From Bacillota bacterium (lineage in GTDB: Bacteria > Bacillota > Ch66 > Ch109): DNA of 64,000 nucleotides. The stretch is from positions 64,001 to 128,000 of the forward strand of contig JBMNLH010000001.1 in the NCBI GenBank assembly GCA_050952625.1, written 5' to 3'. Both the position numbers and the translations under genes were made by a program. Below the pieces are notes generated by a model that saw nothing but the letters and a program-made list of their open reading frames with translations, had not been told where the DNA came from and ran no database searches. This document shows positions 19,212-30,371 of this stretch, piece by piece. Each line of letters begins with the position of its first letter. Position 1 is the first letter of the stretch.

Positions 19212-20567
19212 CTAGTTAGTGTCCGACTGGACAACTGGCTTCATCTTTTCCAATGGAACGAGTAAGAGGTACCCCCAGGTTAGGATAATGCTCAAGGTAG
19301 CACTGGCGACAATTGCCCACCAGATGCCGGCTGCTCCCATTCCGAGCACATTTGCCAGATAATGGGCCCCCGGAACCCGGATAATCCAGAGAGTGATAAT
19401 GGAGATGATCGTTGGAGGCATGACCGCCCCGGCTCCTCGTAAGATACCGCTTAAGGCAAAGGTCCAGCCTAAAGGAAAGTAAGATAGGCTTATTATGCGT
19501 AAATACCGAACACCTTCCGCGATAACCTCCGGTTCACTGACAAACATGGCGATCAGGTAGCGGGCAAAAACATAAAACAGAACCGAAACACTTAGGGCCA
19601 AGACGCCGACAATCAGACTGGAAGCCCGAATGATGTGCTTGATTCGGTCACCTTTTTGAGCCCCGATATGCTGGCCGGTAACTGTACTGGTGGCCATGGA
19701 AATCGCCTGAAACGGAGTCATGATCAAAGCGTCTATTCGGGTACCGGCCGCGAAAGCCGCCATAACGGTTGTACCCAAGCTGTTGACCACGGAGCTAACC
19801 ACTAGCATGCCGACTGAGACGGCAAATTGTTGAATACCAAAGGGGAGTCCCAGCCTAATAACGGTTCCGGTAAGCTGACGATCATAGGTAAAAGAAAAGA
19901 CTGAGAGCGAGCTACTTTGTTTTTTTAAGTAATTGGCTCCCAGGAAGAATAACAAGGCCTGAGAACACAATGTTGCGACAGCAGCCCCGCTGACTCCCCA
20001 TTTAAACACAATGATAAAAAGAGGGGTGAGCAGGGCATTTAGGAACAAAGAATAAACTAAAAAATATAAGGGGGTCTTGGTGTCGCCGAATCCCCGCAGT
20101 AATCCCACGACCAAGTTATAGCTTAAAATAAAGTAGAAGCCTAGAAAAAAGATATTCAAGTAGTTTTTGGCCAGGGGAAAAACTTCAGCCGGGGTTTGGA
20201 CCAGCCTCAATAGCGGCCCGCTGACGAGAATGCCCAGAATCGTTAAAACTACTGCACTTACTGTCACCAAGGTATTTGAATTATCCATCAACTTTTTCAG
20301 GTCATCAAAGCGACGAGCCCCCACATACTGCGAGACCAGGATACTAACGGCCATGGAAAAGCCAATAACGACTGAGATGATAATAAAAATGATAAAAATA
20401 CTGCCTGAAACAGCGGCCAGTGCTTCTGAGCCCACGAAGCGACCTAACCAAATGCTGTTGATGACATTGTTTAGATTCTGCAGCAAACTGCCAAGCAGTA
20501 GGGGCAGGGAGAAGTTGATTATATTTTTTAATAAATTGCCTTCGGTTAGGTCCCAGTGTTTTTCCAT
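19212..20567 (-). CDS. MATE family efflux transporter
   Basis: DLTEG..LKNIINFSLP, GSEALAAV, LRGFGDTKTP, GVSGAAVAT; multiple TM segments. Confidence 0.93.
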   Translation of the reverse strand: MEKHWDLTEGNLLKNIINFSLPLLLGSLLQNLNNVINSIWLGRFVGSEALAAVSGSIFIIFIIISVVIGFSMAVSILVSQYVGARRFDDLKKLMDNSNTLVTVSAVVLTILGILVSGPLLRLVQTPAEVFPLAKNYLNIFFLGFYFILSYNLVVGLLRGFGDTKTPLYFLVYSLFLNALLTPLFIIVFKWGVSGAAVATLCSQALLFFLGANYLKKQSSSLSVFSFTYDRQLTGTVIRLGLPFGIQQFAVSVGMLVVSSVVNSLGTTVMAAFAAGTRIDALIMTPFQAISMATSTVTGQHIGAQKGDRIKHIIRASSLIVGVLALSVSVLFYVFARYLIAMFVSEPEVIAEGVRYLRIISLSYFPLGWTFALSGILRGAGAVMPPTIISIITLWIIRVPGAHYLANVLGMGAAGIWWAIVASATLSIILTWGYLLLVPLEKMKPVVQSDTN

Positions 20568-20759
20568 CAGTTTAGCCTTTCTCTCCGACCGAGTTCCTTG
20601 CTAAATTATACCCGTTGTCGAGTGATCTGTATATGCTCCAATAAATTCGAGGCAGATCCTATTCCGTTAAGCAGTATCAAGGCAGTATCTTATTTATTTC
20701 TGTTTCTAGAACATGTGTTAAAATAAATAGTATCAACGACTTGGAGGCAGGCGAGATTA

Positions 20760-21308
20760 ATGTGGGACAAAATAAGTAGATTTTATCCGCCCTGGTTAGA
20801 GATTTTTCCCCTGGCATTGGTGGTTTTTGCTCTGCTTTATACCAACGCCTGGTATGATGCTTTACCATCAACTGTCCCCACCCATTTTGGGGCCGACGGT
20901 CAGCCGGATGGCTGGAGCAGTAAAAGCTTTGTCAGTGTTTATTTACTTCCGCTGACCAACTTATTTATTTATCTAATGATGGTCTTTATTAACCTCTTTT
21001 TAATTATCCGGCCAGATGACCCGAGACGAGTGGTCAATTTAATGGAGAAAGAGAAAGATGCTTTGGGTCCGGAACGTCTGGAAGCCATTCGGACCTTTAC
21101 GGCGCGGGGACTTTGGCTAATTAATACTTTAACGATTGGTTGCCTGGCTTATCTGACTTACGGCAGCATCAATGTCGGCCTAGGCCGGCAGGAAGGCTTG
21201 GGCTGGGTGATGTGGGTATTTTTTGGGGCCTTTATCATCGTCAGCCTGGGGATGACCATTAAGGTTTTGGCTTTATCTAGCCCGCCTACCTCGAAAAAAG
21301 GCACTTAG
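20760..21308 (+). CDS. DUF1648 domain membrane protein
   Basis: YDALPSTVPTHFGADGQPDGWSSK signature; 4 TM segments. Confidence 0.85.
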   Translation: MWDKISRFYPPWLEIFPLALVVFALLYTNAWYDALPSTVPTHFGADGQPDGWSSKSFVSVYLLPLTNLFIYLMMVFINLFLIIRPDDPRRVVNLMEKEKDALGPERLEAIRTFTARGLWLINTLTIGCLAYLTYGSINVGLGRQEGLGWVMWVFFGAFIIVSLGMTIKVLALSSPPTSKKGT

Positions 21309-21552
21309 AGATCGGCTTGTGTTTTATTCGGTCCAAAAAAATAACCCGGCAAAGTGGGGGCGATTGGTTGGTCCTCTATTCGAGAGGCGACCCCTGCCTC
21401 TAGACTATTGTGTTGAACATAGTCAGGAGGCAGCCTACAAACGCTTGACTCAATTGGTTTGGGAAAATTTGAGACTGGAACTAATCTATTAATGGAACTT
21501 TGCTGTTAAGACCAATTAATGAAACGAAATAGTGGCCTACCGCCGGCTATCG

Positions 21553-21672
21553 CTACTTGAGGATGAAATTAAGCAGCGGGTAGCCAATAGACAATAACAC
21601 GATCACCAGAATTAGGGCCCCAAACGTGAAAGCAATAAATTGGGATGATCGATCGTACCGTTTATTCAGCAA
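21553..21672 (-). CDS. Small single-TM protein (39 aa)
   Basis: TTG start after GGAGGTG: MLNKRYDRSSQFIAFTFGALILVIVLLSIGYPLLNFILK*. Not in the ORF track. Confidence 0.55.
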   Translation of the reverse strand: MLNKRYDRSSQFIAFTFGALILVIVLLSIGYPLLNFILK

Positions 21673-21820
21673 TTAACATCCACCTCCAGGAAAAAGTTGT
21701 TCAGAAAGAAGTTTTTCAGTTAATCATTAATCAGTTCTATTTCTTTATAGACGGGTTAGATTCCTGCTTTGTGAGGCATTTCTCTTAGGGATGCTTGTGT
21801 TTTAACTCGGTCATACCATA

Positions 21821-21858
21821 AGAAAAGCTGTTAACGTTTAAACGTTAACAGCTTTTCT
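21821..21858. terminator. Perfect 38-bp palindrome, probable terminator
   Basis: agaaaagctgttaacgttt|aaacgttaacagcttttct. Confidence 0.7.
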
Positions 21859-22000
21859 AGCTAAGCATAGGAAACCTGTACCCCTTGGCAACAAAAGTTA
21901 TTTCAATAAACCCGTTCGGTATAACCGATCAGGTTCGGTTTAAATACTTGGTTGATTAACCTAGGGAATTAACCTTGTCTTATGCCAGATCCTGCTTGGA

Positions 22001-22291
22001 TTAATAACTGGAAGCACTCCTAAAGCAGTTCCAGCAATAAACCGGACGGTCACCTCGCGGTTTAAAGGGTACCTGAGTTTCACAACCACAACTGCTGCAA
22101 ATTACATCGAACATTTCTCTTTCGGAATTAAACGACCGGTTGGCTTGACCTCTGCGATTTCGTCGGCACTCAGGGCACCGTGCTGGCAGATTTTGAAATC
22201 CCTTTTCCGCATAAAACTCTTGCTCGCCTACTGTGAATACAAAATCGTTGCCACAGTCTCTGCATTGTAACACCTTGTCTTCGAATTCCAC
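22001..22291 (-). CDS. Zinc-ribbon / CxxC-x17-CxxC domain protein
   Basis: FEDKVLQCRDCGNDFVFTVGEQEFY..KGF..PARCPECR and CSSCG..VPFKPRGDRPVYC; GTG22291 after an AAGGGG RBS. Confidence 0.9.
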   Translation of the reverse strand: MEFEDKVLQCRDCGNDFVFTVGEQEFYAEKGFQNLPARCPECRRNRRGQANRSFNSEREMFDVICSSCGCETQVPFKPRGDRPVYCWNCFRSASSY

Positions 22292-22643
22292 TGGATGATC
22301 CCCTTTCCAAATAAAGCTCCTCCTGAATATAACCACCACGTTCAGCTTTACCTAAAAAGGGGTAAGAGTGAACTAGATGATTTGGAAGGCCAATATTAAT
22401 ATTATCACCTTAATCTAAAATTGTAAAACCCAAAATACCTCGATTTTTCGACAGTCAGCCTATGCTTGTTCGGGAAAAATCTTCTCGGAAAAGGCTAAGA
22501 ATAGTGTATACTATATTAAACTATTTAAGAAATAAAGCGACGCTTGTGTTATACTGGCAGACTTGACTGGGATCGACAATAATTATAGATTTTCCAGTGA
22601 TCAACGAAACTTTAACGAACCTTTTGAGGATGGTAGATTGACA

Positions 22644-23974
22644 ATGAAAGAAATCCCCCACAATGCTTCCAATCCCCCGGCAACTGGCCCTGGTCGTGTT
22701 CGCTACCTTCTCTCTGCGGTCTTGTTAATTACCATAACCATTCATTATTTGCAACGGGTAAACATTAGTATCCTGCTGGCGGATCCTCAGTTTCTAGCCG
22801 ACCTGGGGTTAACCGGGGAAACAGCCAAACAGGGATTGCTGATGACTTTTTTTTTATTGCTCTATGCGCTCACTAATTTTATTGCCGGTCCGCTAGGGGA
22901 TCGGTTTGGCCCCCGGCGGATTATGGCCCTCGGCGTGTTCGTATCAGCGGGATAGCCATGGTCGTGGGCGGGGTAGCTTCCGCTTTTGGGATCATGCTTT
23001 TTGCGCGGATCCTGCTAGGAATAGGGAATGGGATCCATTATCCAGCCCAAGGCGTGTTTGTCCGACGCTGGTTTCCGCCCTGGGAAAGAGGAAAAGCGAA
23101 TGCCATCAATAGTATCGGCAGTAATCTAGGGCCGATTTTGGCGATGCCGTTGTTTGTTTTAATTGCCAATAATTGGGGATGGGAGGCTTGCTTTTTTTCA
23201 GTCGCCTTATTGGGCTTGCTAGTGGCTTTGCCCGGAGTCTGGTTTCTAACCAGTGACTTGCCAGAAAAAAGTCCGTTTATTGGCGCAGCCGAAAAGGATT
23301 ACCTGCATAAAAATGTGGGAGGGAGTTTGCCCGGCGGCCAGGTGGCTAGAACACCATTTAGAGTGCAAGTGGGAAAAGTCTTGGAAATTCCTTGGCTAGG
23401 CATGTATATTGTTACCTATGCCTCTTTTCTTTCAATCTGGTTTGGGCTGCTGACCTGGCTGCCGCAGTATTTTACCATGGCTAGAGGCATTTCTTTTAAA
23501 ACCATGGGTTTTGTATCATCTCTTCCCTACATTTTAGGGATCATTGGGTTGACTTTTGCTGGCGTTGTTTCGGATCGAATTGGCCGGCGCGCCCCCTTCG
23601 TGGTTGTCGCTTTGGCGGGCTCTGCCAGCCTGTTGTACTGGGCCGCCGCCACCTCACAGATCTATCCCTGTATTATCTTAGTATCCTTGGCGACCGGTGT
23701 GCTCTCTCTTTTTATGGGGGTATTTTGGGCGATGGTCCAGACCCTCCTGCCGATTAATCTAGTCGGTTTAGGGGTGGGGATGATTTCTGGAGTTGGCAAC
23801 TTTATTTCTGCGCTAACCCCCCTAATTATCGGCGGTTTAATTCAGCTGACCGGCAGCTATTTAGCCGGGATCCTGTACTTGGTGGTCTTTGGTTTGGTGG
23901 GCGCAGTTTGCAGTTGGGTTTTAGTTCGGGAAGAAAAAAAGACCTTTCAGGTCAAGACAGTCGGGGTAAACTAA
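22644..23974 (+). CDS. MFS transporter (ACS/D-galactonate-like), split by an apparent frameshift at about 22950
   Basis: Two ORFs in different frames (ending 22955, starting 22958) together give YLQRVNIS, GPLGDRFGPR, RWFPPWERGKAN and SDRIGRR. Confidence 0.8.
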
Positions 23975-23977
23975 GAA

Positions 23978-24436
23978 TCATCGAGGCATTCGGCCGGTTA
24001 CCTCAAGGTATTTGCGATGCAGCCAGTGAATCGATCTGACCGGTTCAGCAAACATTAGAATACACCAGCCATAAACCAGCACCAAGTTGTTCTGTAATCC
24101 GACTTGGACCGCCTCCTCAGACACAGCTCCTGGCTGCAGCCAGATTGCTTCAATACCCTGTGTGATCAGATCCTGGATTAGGGTCCGATTCTCGCTGGCT
24201 GGGGTGACGACGACGGCTGCTTTGGGTGCTTGCGGAATACTGGAAACTGAGCCGTAGTAGGTTAAACCGTTATAAGTTCCAGGAAAACGGTTAACCGGGA
24301 AAGCCGAGTAGCCGCCCTTTTTGAGATGATTATAGGTCTGCCAGCCGAATCCTTTTTGGTTTCGGGAGACGCCAATAACTGCATACTCAGGGTAACTCAT
24401 GAATTGATTGATACTATCCAGGCTAGAAGCAGACAA
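23978..24436 (-). CDS. CoA-binding protein (YccU-like)
   Basis: AVIGVSRN..FG, FPVN, IWLQPGA, CILMF. Confidence 0.85.
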   Translation of the reverse strand: MSASSLDSINQFMSYPEYAVIGVSRNQKGFGWQTYNHLKKGGYSAFPVNRFPGTYNGLTYYGSVSSIPQAPKAAVVVTPASENRTLIQDLITQGIEAIWLQPGAVSEEAVQVGLQNNLVLVYGWCILMFAEPVRSIHWLHRKYLEVTGRMPR

Positions 24437-24540
24437 ACTATTCCCTCCTAATCATAATTTTATTAACAATTTAAATTAAATGTATTAATCAAAAAGCCGT
24501 AACAATTCGATTTGCTACGACTTTTTTACCTATTTATGAT

Positions 24541-24893
24541 GAGTAAACCTGTAAGCGGAGTTCTGTCCCTCTAACGAGGTGATGATCATCTATCTGGGAT
24601 GCCAGTTGCCTGACACCTCAAGCGACCTACCCGGAAGCGGAGCGGGCAACTCCATCGCTTCTCTATTCGGTCTTGCTCCGGGTGGGGTTTACCGAGCCAG
24701 CCAGTCGCCTGACTGCTGGTGAGCTCTTACCTCACCTTTCCACCCTTACCGGTGTAAACCGGCGGTTTGTTTCTGTGGCACTTGCCTTAAGGTCACCCTC
24801 ACTGGGCGTTACCCAGCACCCTGCCCTGTGGAGCTCCGACTTTCCTCGAACACAGCCTTTCGGCTTTTGTGCCCGCAATCATCCAGTTTACTC
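24541..24893 (-). ncRNA. rnpB: RNase P RNA
   Basis: Minus strand P1 GAGTAAACTG.../...CAGGTTTACTC, GAGGAAAGTC, AGTGCCACAGAAA, GGTAAACCCCACCCGGAGCAAG, AGATAGATGAT and ACAGAACTCCGCTTA. Confidence 0.97.
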
Positions 24894-25190
24894 ACCTGAT
24901 TCAGTGATTTAACGCCAATATAGATTAGCATATGGAAAAGATGTTGTCAAGGAGACTTTCATTACTATTTGTGCCGCCAGCGGTCGCGGCGGAATGGAGG
25001 TTACTATGAAATGATATCCTTGGTTAAAAAAGGATAGTTTTCTTAAAGGCGAGGGTATTGCTAGCTGATGAGAAGTGAAAAAATCCTGATGGCAATCAAA
25101 AACGAGAAGGAATGGTCCAAACGACGTCGAATTATATACATTCTAGAAAGCAATTATTGTCACAATTTGTAGCAGGTTGGGGGACGGAAG

Positions 25191-25547
25191 ATGATTAATG
25201 AAAAACAAAAAGATCCAACTAATCAGTCGGTTAGTGATTTGACCAGATTTGGCCGTCGGCACATTAAGGTTATTGGCGAGTCAACCTTGGCCAACTTGGA
25301 GATAAAATTAAAAGATTGGTTGCAAGAAGGACACATTGTGCGACATCTTCAAATTGATCATTTGCCCGAACAACCGTCCTGCGAAAAGTGGCAAGCCATT
25401 GTGACTTACTATATAAACAATGGGGCGGATCGGCCGCCCAAGCGCAAGTGTTACCGGTGCCTTGACCGGGATGGATGTCCGCGCTATCAGGCATATCTGC
25501 AACGCAAAGAGGAGTATAACCACTTTACAAATTCTTCATGTAATTAA
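25191..25547 (+). CDS. Hypothetical protein with C-terminal CxxC-x4-C
   Basis: 118 aa ORF, GGGGG RBS, upstream sigH-like promoter. Confidence 0.55.
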   Translation: MINEKQKDPTNQSVSDLTRFGRRHIKVIGESTLANLEIKLKDWLQEGHIVRHLQIDHLPEQPSCEKWQAIVTYYINNGADRPPKRKCYRCLDRDGCPRYQAYLQRKEEYNHFTNSSCN

Positions 25548-25817
25548 TTAAATAATAGCCGAGGATAGCGGCAATTGGAATGGTAATAATATGAATAATC
25601 CACCAGCGTCCAGCAGATATTGTCAACCATTTTATGTATTGACTCAATCAAGACACCCCTTGGTATTTTGTTTTCGCAGTATTAATGATGAATTGATTGC
25701 GCGCCGTTTTTAATGAAGGTCAGTGATTGGCGGTTTGCCTAAAGAGTAGAATTCTGGTAAGTTGTTTAGCTTTTAGGAGTCCTTCCATCATGGGAGGACT
25801 CCTATGGGTTAACCTAT

Positions 25818-26318
25818 TTAGTGAGTATTAACGCTATTGGCCCCGTATTTACGGAGAACCGAGGCGGCTTCGTTTACTTTGCTTGGGTCAGAATGAACCG
25901 AGACCATTATTTTACCGGAACGAATGTCTTGTTCCAGTTGGCGGCTTTCAGCTTCGGGAATTCCCCAATCAATTAAACTACCAGCAATACCACCGGTCGC
26001 CGCTCCGCCCAAAAGACCAGCAATTGGCCCAGCAGCAAAAAGAGGACCCAATCCCGGGATAGCCAGAGCACCTACCCCGGCCGCTAATCCAGCCAGACCG
26101 CCAAGTACTCCTCCAGTAGTGGCACCGTCAGATACAGAATCATTGCCAAATTCCATATCGCGGCGGCCTTGGGCACCTGCTCGATTGGCATTGCCCCGAG
26201 CGACTTCATCTTTAGCGACAATAGAAATCTCGTTATCGAAGCCTTTCTGGCGCAGTTCATTAACCGCCTGTTCGGCTTTGCTACGGGTATCGAAAGTACT
26301 AACTACTAAGTTTGGCAA
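25818..26318 (-). CDS. General stress protein (YflT-like with glycine zipper)
   Basis: VVSTFDTRSKAEQAVNELRQKGF..ISIVAKD and GATTGGVLGGLAG..LAIPGLGP..AAGPI motifs. Confidence 0.85.
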   Translation of the reverse strand: MPNLVVSTFDTRSKAEQAVNELRQKGFDNEISIVAKDEVARGNANRAGAQGRRDMEFGNDSVSDGATTGGVLGGLAGLAAGVGALAIPGLGPLFAAGPIAGLLGGAATGGIAGSLIDWGIPEAESRQLEQDIRSGKIMVSVHSDPSKVNEAASVLRKYGANSVNTH

Positions 26319-26716
26319 AAAGCATTTACCTCCTTTTCAATAAATAGTAACTTGCACTTTTCGCGTAACCGAACTTAGTATTCCCCGGTGTTAGAGATAT
26401 ATTCGGTTTAAACCTTTTTTTAATCCAAAATTTATCCGACGTTCCTATATCAGGTTTCATCCCCAGTAATTTGCTTAGCGGTTTAATTGCTCTTTTGTTT
26501 GAATTTTTGTGCTAAACTCATTACGTTATTTGAAGCTCTTATGGGAGTCTTCATAAGTTATTTTGCATAAACGATCCTTAGATTTTTAGATAAAAACAGG
26601 AAATATAATGATACATGTCGAATTTTTATCTCTAGCGAAATAAATATATTATTTCAGGAGATTTTAATGATACAAGAGTAAAAGATTACCCGAAAAAGAG
26701 GTGATTTTACCCCGTT

Positions 26717-27535
26717 ATGCATTCGCGGACGATCAACCGATCGGTTAAACGATATTACCGACAAGGACGAGTCGAGGAGTTTCTGGACTGCCTGGTTCGG
26801 GAGTTTCCCGTCACTCTCTACTTCAATGACCACGAACTAGTTACATTGTTGTGTACACCGGAGTATTTAGAAGATCTGGCGGTTGGTTTTTTAGTCTCCG
26901 AAGGGCTGATGCGGAGCCGAGAAGAATTGGAGTCAGTGGTAGCTGATTATGATAAAGGTCAGGTTTGGGTCAAGAGTTCGGCTGCCCACTTTATCGCAGA
27001 AAAGACATTTTTAAAGCGCTACCTGACTACCGGCTGTGGGAAAGGCACCAGTTTTTACAACCTAAACGATGTCCAAAGCTGTCGTCCAATAACCTCAGGG
27101 TTGCACGTGGACTTGGGACAGGTACTAGATCGAATAAAAGACCTGCAAACCAATTCCCAATTATTTCAAATCACAGGGGGAGTCCATAGTGCCGCTTTGG
27201 CCACGGCCGAAGAAGTTATTTTGTATCGAGAGGACATTGGCCGACATAATGCCGTTGATAAAATATTGGGATACTGCTTAAGACAAGGACAGGAACTAGC
27301 TGAAAGGATAATGCTGACCAGTGGACGTTTATCTTCTGAGATGCTGTTAAAGGTAGCCAAGGCCGGCATTCCCATGGTTGTTTCGCGTTCCGCCCCCACT
27401 GATCTGGCCGTCGAATTAGCCGACCAACTAGGCATTACCTTAGCGGGATTTGCCCGGGGACCGCGTTTTAACGTGTACAGCCATCCAGAGCGGATAGTTG
27501 GGTTGAGGGATGGAGGCATAGGGACGGAGACATAG
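26717..27535 (+). CDS. fdhD: Formate dehydrogenase accessory sulfurtransferase
   Basis: LEDLAVGFLVSEG, TTGCG, TGGVHSAAL, EDIGRHNAVDK, SGRLSSEM, SAPT. Confidence 0.95.
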   Translation: MHSRTINRSVKRYYRQGRVEEFLDCLVREFPVTLYFNDHELVTLLCTPEYLEDLAVGFLVSEGLMRSREELESVVADYDKGQVWVKSSAAHFIAEKTFLKRYLTTGCGKGTSFYNLNDVQSCRPITSGLHVDLGQVLDRIKDLQTNSQLFQITGGVHSAALATAEEVILYREDIGRHNAVDKILGYCLRQGQELAERIMLTSGRLSSEMLLKVAKAGIPMVVSRSAPTDLAVELADQLGITLAGFARGPRFNVYSHPERIVGLRDGGIGTET

Positions 27536-27667
27536 GATGAGATATTGGGATATGAGAGGTTAAGTAAAAACTTATGCTTAAGGGTAAGGCGGCTGGGCGT
27601 TAGAGATAAAGCAACTGAAGAAATAAATATTATTTATTATTAATAAAGTAACGAGAAGGAAGAGATC

Positions 27668-28189
27668 ATGGGACAGCGATCAGTAGTGGAATCGGCAGGA
27701 GGGAGAGTCCCTCTTTTTTCTGTAGTAGGGGCTTCCAACTCCGGAAAAAGCACACTTTTGATTAAACTTGTTCAAGCCCTAAAGAACAGGGGCTATCGGG
27801 TAGCGGTTATTAAACATTCGCGAAATTTTGAAGTAGATCAGCCCGGCAAGGACAGCTGGCGTTATCGGGCTGTTGGAGCTGGACCGGTAATTTTGGCGGG
27901 TCCGGAGCAGATGGTCCTCTTTCGGGCCTGGGAAAAAGAATGGGAACCCGAGGAGATTGCTCAGAGCTTGACAGATGTAGATCTGGTGATTACAGAAGGC
28001 TATAAAAAGGGAAAGCGGCCCAAAATTGAGGTCTTCCGTGAAGATAACTCCCGCGAGTTGATCTGTCCGCCCGAGGATCTGATCGCCGTGGTCAGCGATG
28101 TTAATAAGGATTGGGGAGTGCCGGTTTTTGACCTGGAGCAAATTAAAGAATTGGCAGATTTTGTAGAAGCCCGATTTCTAAAACGGTAG
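27668..28189 (+). CDS. mobB: Molybdopterin-guanine dinucleotide biosynthesis protein B
   Basis: GASNSGKSTL, VAVIKH, DQPGKDSWR, DLVITEGYK, PKIEVFR. Confidence 0.93.
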   Translation: MGQRSVVESAGGRVPLFSVVGASNSGKSTLLIKLVQALKNRGYRVAVIKHSRNFEVDQPGKDSWRYRAVGAGPVILAGPEQMVLFRAWEKEWEPEEIAQSLTDVDLVITEGYKKGKRPKIEVFREDNSRELICPPEDLIAVVSDVNKDWGVPVFDLEQIKELADFVEARFLKR

Positions 28190-28201
28190 AAGGGTGGGTC
28201 C

Positions 28202-30139
28202 GTGCTGGCGTTAATGAATAAAATCAAGGTTACTTTGTTGCCAGAAGACAGAGAAATATGGGTTCCTCAGGGAGAAATGCTTAGTGAGGCTTTACTGATG
28301 GCCGGGTTTGCCCTGGAAACGCCTTGTGCCGGGCACGGGGTTTGTGGCAAATGCAAGGTTCAAGTCATGGGTGCTCTGGCTGCTTCTACTTCCGCCAGTG
28401 GCGAATCTGCCGGTCACCTCGAACTCTACGCGGCTGAGTGGCAGCACCTAAGCTTGGAAGAGATACAGCAGGGCTACCGCTTAGCCTGTCAAGTGGTTTT
28501 ACAAGAGGATGTCCAGGTGAGAATATCCTCTGAGTTTCGGGAAGTATTACGGAAAACAATTGATATAACGAGTACTGGAAATGGCAGTAAATTCCCATTG
28601 TGTCCACTAGTCCGCAAAGCGTTTTTGGTGCTGCCGGAGCCGACGCTGGAAGACCGTCTGGGTGACTGGGAACGAATGGAACGTGGCCTGGTGGAAAAAG
28701 GCTTTTTGCCTCGACCGGATCAGATGGAACGGGGACTGCAATTAGATGGAGCGGTTTTACAGGAACTCCCCCGGGTATTAAGGGTCAATAATTATCAGGT
28801 TACAGCGGTTCTTTATGACAGTAAGCTGATTGCAGTTGAAGCCGGCGATACCACTGCCAGCAGCTATGGGATAGCCTTAGACATCGGCACCACGACGATG
28901 GTTGGAGGTTTAATTGATCTAGCAACCGGGGAACAATTGGCCGTAACCAGCCGCACCAATCCTCAGCGTTCTTTTGGGGCTGACGTTATTTCTCGCATTT
29001 CTTTTGGCAGCCAAGGGAAATCGCAGCTTGAAGAATTGCAGAGCCGACTGCTAGAAGCGGTGAACCAGATGATTGATGAGTTAATAGAAACAGCTCAGGT
29101 TGACCGAAAGCACATCTATGAAGCTGTCGTGGTGGGAAATACGGCTATCCACCACCTGTTTTTAGGACTTGACCCCACCTACTTGGGACAGGGGCCTTAT
29201 GTACCAGTAGTTACCCGGCCGCTGCGGGTGAAAGCGCGCCAATTGGGAATTCACCTGCGTGATTCGAGCTACCTTTATTTGCTCCCGAACATCGCTGGCT
29301 TTGTGGGCGGGGATGCCGTTGGGGTAATCTTGTCGACCGGTTTATATCAGAGTTCGGATATTAGACTGGCGGTGGACATTGGTACTAACGGCGAAATCGT
29401 TCTCGGCAGTGCTCAGCAATTATTGGCCTGTTCGACCGCCGCCGGACCGGCTTTCGAAGGAGCGCGAATTAAGCATGGCATGCGGGCAGCTGAGGGAGCG
29501 ATTGAAAAGGTGATAATGGAAGAAGACGTAAAAGTCGCCGTCATCGGGTCCGTTCTCCCAGTGGGGGTATCCGGCTCCGGGCTGATTGATGCGGTAGCAG
29601 AAATGCTGCGGTTAGGCATTATTGATCATACCGGGCGGATTCTAAGTCAGGCTGAACTCCCCGCTGAACTGCCGGAGTCGATTCGCCGTCGGGTGGTGAA
29701 GGATAACAACGGTCGGGAATTTATCCTGGTATGGGGCGAGGAATCGGGCAGCAGTCGGCCGATTACGATTAACCAGGAGGATATTCGTGAGCTGCAGTTA
29801 GCCAAAGGCGCGATTACCGCGGGAATTAAGGTCTTACAAAAAGAACTGGCCATCAAAAAAGACCAAATTGCCGAGGTTTACCTAGCCGGGGCTTTTGGCA
29901 GCTGTATTAATCCGGTAAGTGCCATGGCGATTGGCTTGATTCCGGCCATGCCTCCGGGTCGGGTCAAGGCTGTCGGTAATGCCGCCGGGGCCGGGGCCAA
30001 ACTGGCCTTGTTATCACGTTCAGCCCGGAAGCAGGCCGCAGGAATTGCCAGGGAAGTCAGGTATATTGAACTTTCCGGCCGGCCTGATTTTCAAGAAGCT
30101 TTTTTAAATGCCATGTATTTTCCAAATTTACGCCGGTGA
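28202..30139 (+). CDS. ASKHA-domain reductive activator of corrinoid proteins (RACo/DUF4445) with N-terminal 2Fe-2S
   Basis: CAGHGVCGKC..RLACQ, DIGTTT, GADVISRI, GFVGGD, DIGTNGE, AAGPAFEG, LAGAFG, GNAA. Confidence 0.92.
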   Translation: MLALMNKIKVTLLPEDREIWVPQGEMLSEALLMAGFALETPCAGHGVCGKCKVQVMGALAASTSASGESAGHLELYAAEWQHLSLEEIQQGYRLACQVVLQEDVQVRISSEFREVLRKTIDITSTGNGSKFPLCPLVRKAFLVLPEPTLEDRLGDWERMERGLVEKGFLPRPDQMERGLQLDGAVLQELPRVLRVNNYQVTAVLYDSKLIAVEAGDTTASSYGIALDIGTTTMVGGLIDLATGEQLAVTSRTNPQRSFGADVISRISFGSQGKSQLEELQSRLLEAVNQMIDELIETAQVDRKHIYEAVVVGNTAIHHLFLGLDPTYLGQGPYVPVVTRPLRVKARQLGIHLRDSSYLYLLPNIAGFVGGDAVGVILSTGLYQSSDIRLAVDIGTNGEIVLGSAQQLLACSTAAGPAFEGARIKHGMRAAEGAIEKVIMEEDVKVAVIGSVLPVGVSGSGLIDAVAEMLRLGIIDHTGRILSQAELPAELPESIRRRVVKDNNGREFILVWGEESGSSRPITINQEDIRELQLAKGAITAGIKVLQKELAIKKDQIAEVYLAGAFGSCINPVSAMAIGLIPAMPPGRVKAVGNAAGAGAKLALLSRSARKQAAGIAREVRYIELSGRPDFQEAFLNAMYFPNLRR

Positions 30140-30371
30140 AGATTCCTCTAGCGGGGATGGGCATACCATAAAAATTCGAGGTTGTCCGAAATATGTAGCG
30201 AAAACGTTGGTATAAGTAAACCATCTAGCTATGAGTCAAAGAAACAGGAATTTCCAAGTAAGGTAGGAATATTATTCTACAAAGAAAGGAACGGGAACAA
30301 TAATAAATCAAAATGAAACTGGTTTTGGAAAAAACCCGGTTGTTCCGTCCAAAGCCAAGGCAGATGTCCCA

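Noticed and set aside
22953-22955. TAG inside the MFS gene as pyrrolysine read-through
   Set aside because: The downstream half is in a different frame, so this is a frameshift rather than an in-frame amber.
24673-24912. 79-aa + strand ORF
   Set aside because: It is antisense to RNase P RNA; spurious.
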